Shown one piece after another: positions 12,391-22,800 of a stretch of DNA of 64,000 nucleotides. How positions within the stretch are numbered: the first letter of the stretch is position 1; each line of letters begins with the position of its first letter. The position numbers were made by a program, and so were the translations under genes. This stretch comes from Stegostoma tigrinum (Eukaryota): positions 20,977,578-21,041,577 of the forward strand of contig NC_081370.1 in NCBI RefSeq assembly GCF_030684315.1, given 5' to 3'. The notes below the pieces were generated by a model, which searched no databases, was not told the origin of the DNA, and worked only from the letters and a program-made list of their open reading frames with translations.

Positions 12391-14873
12391 TCCTGACACT
12401 TTCTTGTGAGGCTCAATATCGAATGTTGTTTTTATACTGTTACTGTGTGTCATACTGGGGGTAGATTACAGATGCTATATGAATACAAGTTGTTGTAATT
12501 TGATCCTTGGCATTTGTCTAATTCTCAAATGGATTGAACAAGCATATGTCACTGAAATTGAAAAAACACAAGTGATGCCCTGTTTTCTGAACTAGTTTAA
12601 TGCATGGTAAATGAAGAAACAATGTTATATTATGCCTGAAGGTGAAATAACATTTCAGAGTAATAGAAACAACATAAATTAAGAAAATCCAATTTAGGAG
12701 TGAAATGTGAGAAGGTTGTAGATTAAATTCTTGTCATCTGATTTCTTTCTTTCTGTTTACTGTCTGTTTTTTGGCAAGTTTCTCTGTTCTTACGATGACT
12801 CATGTTAACGTACAGCAGAATGTGCTCCAATAACTCTGAAGTAGCTCATGTTGGCAAGACTTTTTCAAGTGTGAAGCAAGCGTGCATGGGCGGGAGGAAG
12901 AAGAAAGGAGAAATAGTCAACTGTTGAGAACATTTTAGCTAAACTTGATCTTAGTTTCGTCTAAAATACACTTACTGCTTTGAGGAGGTATGCAGGTCAG
13001 TAAGGCCAACTGTAAGTCCCCACCCAAACAACACTCATGGCTCTTGAAACCATCCGGGAGAAAACAGCCACTTGATGCGCACAATATGCACAAACATTTA
13101 ATCCCTCAACCATTGATGCTCAGTAACTGAGTATGTACCACCTACAAGTTGCATCACAGAAATTCAGCAAAGATCCTTACACAGCACCTTCCAAACCCAG
13201 GACCACTACCAACTAGAAGGAAAAGGGAAGATACATAAGAATACCACTGCTTACAGGTCCTCCTCCATGCCACTCACCATCTTGACATGGAACACTCTGT
13301 AATATTACAGATGATTAAATATTGATGTAATGTACAGTTACTATACAGTTGAGAGGAATTCTTAAAAGATGATCTGAATAAGTAGAGAAACCTTAGGAAT
13401 CCCCACCATTATAAAGGTTAGTAATAGGTGGACGAGTTGGATGAATGTCATGGTCAATTCCTATTGCCCAGACTAGGGGCTGGAAATCTGGAAACATTCC
13501 TCCTCATCCCTTCCACAGAATGTACTTAGGATGGGAAAATTTACATGTGAACACTTTATTTTCAAGGGTGATATTCTGATCATTTTAGTAACTGACAAAC
13601 ATCCATTCTTTTCTTATACTGTCTGTTTAAAATAAGACATAACACAGTACTGAAATAGGCTATTTTTATTTATTTTGACACAGCAATTTGTTTCAAAGGC
13701 CTGATTTACTGTAAAGGTCTAAACACTTTGTGCCATGCGTTTCATGCTGGGCAGAAGTGAAATCCTTTACATCTTGGATATTGCTGGGTACATTTTTAAC
13801 CCTCCTTTTGTTTTCCAACCTTCTGTCAAAAAAAATTGACTTCAGTTAATAAAGAAATAGACTTGTTTTGGTATAAGTTGCATTATAGCAGTACAATTTC
13901 TTTTCACCCTTTCAAAGTGTCACGATTAATTCTCATTAAATCCCACATCATTGCACTTAACCCACTGAGCTAACCTTTAATAAATGTCTTTCATTATTTT
14001 GTGGGGCAGAGTCTATTTGCTTGCACTTTTTGCTTCTAAAAGAAAAATGCTGGAAGATTACACAGGAGGATCTGGGGCATAGAAAAATAATATTTGAAAC
14101 AAAATCACTCTCTACATATGTTTGTTCTACTTTGTGCAAAATGCCATCAGTTTAGTATTTCCACAATTATTACTCAAAAGAACTGGCCTATTAACTACTA
14201 AGCTGCTGGCAGTCCAGAGATGCTTCTCCCGGCTGACTGATTCTTTGCAGTTTCAGCTTGCCACTGAAAACAAAAACCACTTAGAATACAATTGTGAGGT
14301 TGTTTCAATATTAGGAAAAGCTTTCAGCATCACACGTCGACCTAAAAGTAGTAAATTGAACACACATTTAATCAAAAATAAAAAGGCACCTGAATTTTGC
14401 TTGGTCTATTGACCCTGATTCGCTTCTTCACCCTCCTGTTCACCATGTAATTTTTGTTTCAGTCTGAATTCTGAAATAAAACTCAGAGAAAAGCTAGCAA
14501 GTATATTGTCCTGCAACTTTACTTCTAAAAGAAAATTAGCATTGGTAAAAACAGAAGTTTGTGACATTAAAATTATGCCACAGATGTTATTACTACTAAT
14601 AGAGGAAATAATCCATAGCATTCCTTATCAGTCTTATCACAGTTTTTAGCAATTCAATGAGACTGAATTAGGATGGTTTATCCGTGATGCACCTTGCCTT
14701 AATTTTTAAAAAAAACTGCTCTTTGAGACCATGGCCTGAGTCTGGGCAGCCAGCACCTCCATAAATCTAATGGGCCCATTATCTATAATTGAGATAGTAG
14801 CACAAAATATTTTGTCTCCAGTGTGAGACTATTCTGAAACTCAATCTGAAAAGAAACTATAACCACAACAGGT

Positions 14874-15056
14874 ATACTAGGAGCTGTCGATGCTGGAGAA
14901 TCTGAGATAAAACAGTGTGAAACTGGATGAACACAGCAGGCCAAGCAGCATCAGTGGAGCAGGAAAGCTGACGTTTCAGGCCTAGACCCTTCATCAGCTT
15001 TCCTGCTCCTCTGATGCTGCTTGGTCTGCTGTGTTCATCCAGCTTCACACCATTTT
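14874..15056 (-). mobile_element. Fold-back PLE mini-element (family 1)
   Basis: Tail and arm with minus-strand hammerhead motif at 14968-14997, then a shorter inverted arm; perfect 12-bp TSD ACCACAACAGGT (14862-14873 / 15057-15068). Confidence 0.9.
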
Positions 15057-16729
15057 ACCACAACAGGTGATTTTGTTTTCTGCCACCAAGTTAAGAGCAA
15101 CTGACAAGCACCTTACAAATGTTTTTAGAATCTCACAAAATGAATGCCAGGATAATTCATTAGGAGTGGGACTCTTTGGTCATTGATTCATACAGCTCAT
15201 TTTAAAAGACGTCAATTTTCTATTAGTATGCAAACTATTCTCATTCAGACCACTATGTTCTCCAGCCTCCCACCATATTGGACTTATGTTAGATTTGGAG
15301 TTTTAATTTGAGCAGAAAATTGATGGTTGTAAAATTTTCAGATATAGCATTAAACTATTCTAGCAACATAGACAAAAACATATGTAACACTCCCCATTTA
15401 GAGATTTTATCGTGAGGAAAAGTAACCTACAGATTCTGAAAACTGTTAAATATTTGACTGAAATGCCTGGAGAAAAATTCAAAACAATTTATGTATTAAA
15501 CATGTAAAACCTTATATGTTTACATGTTATGCACATTTAAACTGATCTCAGCCATATGTAAGTTACAAGTGAGTTACTTTAGTACTTAGATGCTTGTTTC
15601 CTCCTAGAGCAAGTTTTGTCATTACTTAATTGCAAAATGATGGTGATGGGTGATAATTCTTTGGATATGCAATAAATAATTTGCATTGTTTATGAGATTA
15701 CGAGGAGAACCAAACTAATTAAATTAATAAATAAATTATATATACTAAATTTGTATGTAGCCAGTTGATAAGGTTGTAATTATTGTTGGGAGCTACTGTT
15801 TTGTGTGGAATATGTGTGGGATTGCTGAAAAACTGATTGTGCACTTTTACTCCTGCCCTCTCTTCATGGAGATGTATCATTGCTCCAGCAATGTTGCACA
15901 CAAACATGCCTTGATGTATTGATCATACCGGTTCTGTCTTTGGAAAACAGCTGCTTCACCTTCAAAGAACTCAGCCAACAACACTATTAAGGAAATAATA
16001 ATTAAGTTGTGAAAAGTAAAATATAATGCCTGTTACCTTGTTTATTGCTACACATTGGATTATATTAGATATCATATGGACTTTTTTAAAAAGTTAGAAA
16101 GAAGTTGCATTACAATTTAGTTAATAGCCACAACTCAGTATGAGTCAAAAATTTTACTAAGACCAAAATCCTTGCTATGAATAGTTTGATTGTTTAATTA
16201 TCTTTAGATGAAGAATTTGTCTAACAAATTCTTAAATTATCTTTTGGAAAAGTTTCTCATCTGAATATATTTAAGTAGTATTGATGGTTAAGTTCTTTGA
16301 AGGTGAAGCAATACCCTTCTGAAGATAGAACTAGTGCAAACGACGGTTCAAGGTAATGAGGTGAAGAACAGAGTAACCCCGGCAGAACCCAAATTGAGCA
16401 CGATTGAGCAAGTTATCTCTTTGCAAGTTGTTAAGTAAATACCAGTGTTTTTGCTACACTGGAATGGCTTGTCAATGGCAGCACACAGCTTCAATGCTTT
16501 TACGGGAATGTTGTCATAACCCGTAGCCTTTGCATTATCCAGTGTCTTCGGTTCTTGATATCATGCGAAGTGAATCAAATTGGTTGAGACTCACATCTGT
16601 GAAGCTGGAGCTCTCAGACAGATGCTAAGATGGATCATCCACTCAGCACTTCTGAATAAAGGTGGGTGCAGATATTTCAATATTAGTGAGTGAAAGTGAG
16701 TTGGCTGCGGCGAAAGCGGCCCATGTGGT

Positions 16730-17430
16730 GACAAACTTCAGGGTTGGAACCAAGGGCATAGGAGAAGGTGTTCAGGCCCTAAAATGATTGAACTCAACAT
16801 TCAGCCCAGGATGCTGCAGGACCCTATGTGGAAAATGATTTCACTTCAATGGAGTGCGACAGCAAAACCGAGATAGAGATGCTGGTCAGGGAGAACGGTG
16901 GTATTTTGAATTGGCAGGCAACCAGAAGCTTGCGGTCATTTTTGGACATTTTGTGCTCCCTGTTTCAAATCTCCTTTTTGAGCTTGCTGCAGAGATCCAG
17001 AGAAGATCAGCACTAACTGAAAGAACAGCATCTCATTTTCAACTTTGGGACTCAATATTGAGTTCAACAACTTTAGGACCTGAACACCTTCTTCCATGTC
17101 GTTCCCCACCCCCACATACCAGGCCATGTCACTGCATGGGCTGCTTTCACCTAAGCCAACCCATTTCCACTCACTAATGACTGCCGTTAGTAGCTTTTCT
17201 TCCTCCCTGGCTCCCTATTACACATTCTTTTGTCTGCCCAACTGTTGTTTTCTCTCTCTCCTTGGCCTCCATCTCCATCTATTGTTTACTCCTCTTCAGC
17301 ATACATGCCAACATTTTCCTAGCTACAGACAGTTCTGAAGAAGATCACTGAATCTGAAACATTAACTCTGCTTTCTCTACACAGCTGCTGCTAGACCTGC
17401 TGGGGTGCTCCAGCAATTCCTGTTTCTTTT
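16730..17430 (+). mobile_element. PLE family 2 3' fragment with inverted 5' arm
   Basis: Plus strand encodes endonuclease C-terminus 'LKEQHLIF...LNIEFNNFR' (~17015-17080); the same region is inverted at ~16730-16950; pLTR with hammerhead motif at 17331-17367. Confidence 0.75.
17331..17367 (+). ncRNA. Minimal type I hammerhead ribozyme motif (PLE family 2)
   Basis: AGTT-CTGAAGA-AGATCACTGAATCT-GAAA-CATT-AACT: stem I AGUU/AACU, stem II AGAU/AUCU; stem III ACGU is CpG-mutated to ACAU. Confidence 0.6.
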
Positions 17431-18330
17431 GCATATGTCAGTTATTTGTAGCTGTGTTACCTGGATTTTGGTTTCTGTGCAGTTTGTCTTGAAAAGGAAC
17501 AGGCTGTAAGATTTTAAGATATTCTAGCATGTAATTTTTAAAAAGTAAAGATGTTACATTTCTGCTGATGCTTGCACTTGTTGATTTGAGACATTTTGTT
17601 TTGCTTCTTACAGCAATCAGATCAGATTCATTGTAAGAAGACGGTTTTGATCACATGATCAATTCTCTAATTGTTCATCCAGAATGATTCAACGTTAGAA
17701 GCCATTTGCTATTCAATTAAGAATGAATTATATACATTCACATCTACTTACGACTTGATTGGTTTCTCTATTGTTCTTATTGATATCTTGGAGACAGTAA
17801 GTTTAGGAGTTCATAGATTTTGGATTACTTACACAAATATACATTTTTCTTTGCATTTTTTTTTAAAAACCTTTCCCAATCCTGGTTGTTTATTTGATGT
17901 CAACTGCCATACTGGATTTGGTTGCTAGTTTTATAGCTGGATGTTTTTCCTGCTGTAAACAATCACAGATTGAAAAACAGAGCAGCAACAGGCTGGAAAA
18001 CTCTTCTGCTCTTACTACCTGCCAAAGGTGTGTTAGAAGGATTTACAGGCTGAAAATCAACATAATTGGCCACATAACAAAAAAAACACATTCCATGACC
18101 ATCAAGTCCCAGTGGGCGAATCAAATCTCAAGTTTCTGGCTCAAAGGTAAGGATGCTATCATTGTGTCATTAAAGCTCTGTGTAACTTCACAGACAATAG
18201 ATGGTGTAATTTAGAAGGATTTTGTAAAATCTTGGTTTGTCCATTCAAGAAGTATCCCACCTATCACCTGTCAATGAAAAACATTCTGGAGGCTTGAGGT
18301 AGTCTGTGCAGAAATTCCTGACAGTCACCT

Positions 18331-19138
18331 CAGGTGATGTGCTGTAGCTGTATGATGTGGGAGCTGGCTGATCCCATTGTGAACGGCTGTGACCACATCT
18401 GCAGCAAGTGTTGGTTGCTGGAAGAACTCCAGATTGACTGTAAGTGAGGCAGGTAGGGGGATTCAGAGTTCAGGAGTGCAGGAGCCTCAGCCCTTGACCT
18501 TGATCAACAGGTATGAGATTCTTGCTCCCTGTACGGATAAGGGAAAGGACTGTGGACTGGATGAGCCAGCTAACCACAGCACCATGGTGCAGAAAGCCAT
18601 TCAAGGGGGGGGAGCAAAAAGAGAGGTAGTTGTTATAGGGGATTCTATAATTAGGGGGACAGATAGTATCCTATGGAAGCCGGATCGGGAGTCCCTCATG
18701 GTGTGTCCCCTGCCCGGTGCCACAATGCAGGGCATCTCCAACCGGGTTGAAAGGATATTGAAGCAGGAGGGGTAGAATCCAGTCGTTGTGGTCCACGTTG
18801 GGACTAACAACATAGGCAAAGCTAGGGTAGAGGACCTGTTCAGGGATTATCAAGCACTAGGAAGGAAATTGAAGTACTGGTCCTCAGGAGTCATAATCTC
18901 TGGATTACTGCCTGAGCCACGTACTAATTGGCAAAGGGATAAGAAAGTTAAGGAAGTAAACATGTGGCTAAGGGATTGGTGTGGGAAAGAGGGATTCCAT
19001 TTCATGGAGCATTGGCATCAGTTTTGGAACCGGGGGGGATCTGCACTGTTGGGACAGTCTCCACCTAAATCTCCATCTGGAACCAGTGTTCTAGCGAAAA
19101 GGATAAATAGGATGGTCAGTAGGACTTTAAACTTCTGA
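18331..19138 (+). pseudogene. CR1 ORF1 (zinc finger plus SGNH esterase), disrupted
   Basis: 'QVMCCSCMMWE...HICSKCWLLEEL', 'VVVIGDSIIRG', 'VVHVGTNNIG'; internal stop and frameshifts. Confidence 0.85.
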
Positions 19139-20544
19139 GCTGGGGGGAAGGGAAAGCGAATGCGACAGGGAGTATGAAGTTAAATGGAAAGATAAGCAGC
19201 AGGATAGCATGTGTGCAGGTGGGTTTAAGCTCGAGGCAGAGTAGGAATACAGAAAAAAGGAAGGATAACCAAGGACATCTAATGATTTCCAATGTCTCTA
19301 AAAATGTTCAGAAAGTTAGCATTAAGGCACTTTACCTAAATGTTCGTAGTATTCGTAACAAAGTAGATGAATTAACGGCACAAATCATCTTGAACGATTA
19401 TGATGTGGTAGGCATCACAGAGACGTGGTTGCAGGGGGTTCAGGGCTGGCAGTTAAACATCCAAGGATTTACAACTTATTGAAAAGACAGGGAGGCGGGC
19501 AGAGGGGGCGGGGTAGCCTTGTTAGTTAAAAATGAAATTAAATCTATGGCACTGAATGACATAGGGTCAGATGATGTGTCGGATGTTGGTGGAGCTGAGG
19601 ATACAGAAAGGCAAAAAAGCCATAATGGGAGTTATGTACAGAGTAATAGTGACCAGGGCCAGGGGCGCAAGATGCACCGGGAAATCGATAGGGCATGTCA
19701 GAAAGGCAAGGTCACGGTGATCATGGGGGACTTCAATATGCAGGTGGTCTGGGTGAATAATGTTACCGGTGGATCCAAAGAAAGGGAATTCATGGAATGC
19801 TCACAGGATGGCTTTTTGGAACAGCTTGTGATGGAGCCCACAAGGGAGCAGGCTATTCTGGACTTAGTGCTATGTAATGAGCCAGACTTTATAAAAGACC
19901 TTAAAGTAAGGGAACATTTAGGAGGCAGTGATCATAATATGGTAGAGTTCAGTCTGCAGTTTGAAAGAGAGAAGCTAAAATTGGATGTAATGGTATTACC
20001 GTTAAATAAAGGTAATTATAGGGGCATGAGGGAGGAACTGATGAAAATTGACTGGAAGCAGAACCGAGCGCTGAAGACAGTAGAGCAGCAATAGCAGGAG
20101 TTCCTGGGTGTATTTGAGGACACAGGACAGAGGTTCATCCCAAAGAAAAAAAAGATTTTCCAGGCTGGAATTAGACAGCCATCGCTGACAAAGGAAGTCA
20201 GGAAATGTATCAAAGAAAAAGAGACAGCCTATAAAGTGGCGAAGAGAACTGGGAAATCAGAAGATTGAGAAGGCTACAAAAACAAACAGAGGATAACAAA
20301 GAGAGAAATAAGGAAGGAGAGGATCAAATATGAAGGTAGGCTACCCAGTTAAATTAGAAATGACAGTAAAAGTTTCTTTCAATACATAAGAAACAAACAA
20401 GAGACAAAAGTAGATATTGGGCCGCTACAAATTGATGCTGTAAGGCTAGTGATGGGAGATAAGGAAATAGCTGAAGAACTTAATATAACAAAGTGTGGAG
20501 CTGGATGAACACAGCAGCCAAGCAGCAGCTCAGGAGCACAAAAG

Positions 20545-20574
20545 CTGACGTTTCGGGCCTAGACCCTTCATCAG
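20545..20574 (-). ncRNA. Minimal type I hammerhead ribozyme motif (PLE family 1 pLTR)
   Basis: Reverse complement CTGATGA-A-GGGT-CTAG-GCCC-GAAA-CGTC-AG: intact CUGAUGA and GAAA boxes, GUC triplet, palindromic ACGU as stem III; stem I only ~2 bp. Confidence 0.7.
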
Positions 20575-20803
20575 AGAGGGGGATGGGGAGAGGGAACTGG
20601 AATAAATAGGGAGAGAGGGGGAGGCGGACCGAAGATGGAGAGAAAACAAGATAGGTAGAAAAGAGATTATAGGTGAGGAGGTAGGGAGGGGATAGGTCAG
20701 TCCAGGGAAGATGGACAGGTCAAGGAGGCGGGATGAGGTAGTAGGTAGGAAATGGAGGTGCGGCTTGGGGTGGGAGGAAGGGATGGGTGAGAGGAAGAAC
20801 AGG

Positions 20804-21308
20804 TTAGGGAAGCAGAGACAGGCTGGGCTGGTTTTGGGATGCAGTGGGGGGAGGGGATGAGCTGGGCTGGTTTTGTGACGCAGCGGGAGGAGGGGGCGAA
20901 CTGGGCTGGTTTTGGGATGTAGTGGGGGAAGGGGAGACTTTGAAGCTTGTGAAGTCCACATCGATACCATTGGGCTGCAGGGTTCCCAAGCGGAATATGA
21001 GTTGCTGTTCCTGCAACCTTCGGGTGGCATCATTGTGGCATTGCAGGAAGCCCATGATGGACATATCGCCTAAGGAATGGGAGGGGGAGTAGAAATGGTT
21101 TGCGACTGGGATGTGCAGTTGTTTGTTGCGAACCAAGCGGAGGTGTTCTGCAAAGCAACCCCCAAGCCTCCGCTTGGTTTCCCCAATGTAGAGGAAGCCA
21201 CACCAGGTGCAATGGATACAATATAGCACATTGGCAGATGTGCAGGTGAACTTCTGCTTGATATGGAAGGTCATCTTGGGGCCTGGGATAGGGGTGAGGG
21301 AGGAGGTG
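20804..21308 (-). pseudogene. PLE GIY-YIG endonuclease domain (open frame, in the inverted arm)
   Basis: 'FTCTSANVLYCIHCTWCGFLYIGETKRRLGGCFAEH...VANHF...H...RRLQEQQLIFRLGTLQPNGIDVDF': GIY-YIG with CxxC/His zinc motif. Confidence 0.9.
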
Positions 21309-21409
21309 AGGGACATCTACCGCCTTAACCTCTCCACCCCTCTCACCCACTTCAACCTCTCCCTCGCAGAATGGGCAGCCTCCCGCAGAATGGGCAGCCC
21401 TCCACTCCA

Positions 21410-22800
21410 ACCCTGACCTCACCATCAAACCCGCAGACAAGGGTGGCACTGTGGTAGTATGGCGCACTGACCTCTACATCACCGAGGCCAAACACCAACT
21501 CTCCGACACCTCCTCCTACCACCGCCATGATCATGATCGCACCCCCGAGCACCAAACCATCATCCCCAATACCATCCATGACCTCATCACCTCAGGAGAC
21601 CAGCCACCCACAGCCTCCAACCTCATTGTTCCCCAACCCTGCACGGCCCGTTGCCATCTCCTTTCCAAAATCCACAAACCTGCCTGCCCTGGTCAACCCA
21701 TTGCCTCAGCCTGTTCCTGCCCCACCGAACGCATCTCCACCTATCTGGACTCCATTTTCTCCTGTTTGCTCCAGGAACCCCCCACCTACATCCGTGATAC
21801 CACCCACGCCCTCCACCTCCTCCAGGACTTCCAATTCCCTTGCCCCCAACACCTCATTTTCACCATGGATGTCCAGTCCCTATACACCTGTATTCCTCAT
21901 GCAGATGGCCTCAAGGCCCTCCGCTTCTTCCTGTCCCGCAGGCCCGACCAATCCCCCTCCACCGACACCCTCATCCGCCGAGCCGAACTCGTCCTCACCC
22001 TCAACAACTTCTCTTTCGATTCCTCCCACTTCCTACAGACAAAGGGGGAGGCCATGGGTACCCACATGGGCCCCAGCTATGCCTGCCTCTTTGTAGGTTA
22101 CATGGAACAGTACTCTCTTCCACACCTACACAGGCCCCAAACCCCACCTCTTCCTCCCTTACATTGATGACTGTATCGGCGCCGCCTCAAGCTCCACAGA
22201 GGAGCTCAAACAGTTCATCCACTTCACCAACACCTTCCACTCCAACCTCAAGTACACCTGGGCCATCTCCAACCCATCACTCACCTTCCTGGACCTCTCA
22301 GTCTCCATCTCAGGTAACCAGCTAGAAACTGATGTCAATTTCAAGCCCACTGACTCCCACAGCTACCTAGAATACACCTCCTCCCACCTACCCTCCTGCA
22401 AAAATTCCATCCCCTATTCCCAATTCCTCCGCCTCCGTCGGATCTGCTCCCAGGATGAGGCATTCCACTTCCGCACATCCCAGATGTCCACGTTCTTCAA
22501 GGACCGCAACTTTCCCCCCGCAGTGGTTGAGAACGCCCTTGACCACATGAGGATCCCCCTCATTCTCACATACCACCCCACCAACCTCCAGATACAACTT
22601 ATCATCCTCTGATACTTCCGCCATCTACAATCCGATCCCACCACCCAAGACATTTTTCCATCCCCACCCTTGTCTGCCTTCCAGAGAGACCACTCTTTCC
22701 GTGACTCCTTTGTCCGCTCCACACTCCACTTCAACCCCACCACACCCGGCACGTTCCCCTGCAACTGCGGGAAATGCTACACTTGCCCCCACACCTCCTC
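21410..22800 (+). pseudogene. PLE reverse transcriptase, frameshifted
   Basis: 'IKPADKGGTVVVW', 'KIHK', 'FTMDVQSLYTCIP', 'NNFSF', 'GEAMGTHMGPSYA', 'YIDD' (~22160), 'LTFLD', linker 'CNCGKCYTC'. Confidence 0.92.

Noticed and set aside
12750-12995. Polypyrimidine tract-AG ... GGTATG possible exon
   Set aside because: No clean reading frame or known protein similarity; a non-coding exon cannot be excluded.
21030-22325. Several overlapping Pro/Ser-rich ORFs
   Set aside because: Alternative frames of the C-rich PLE RT sequence.
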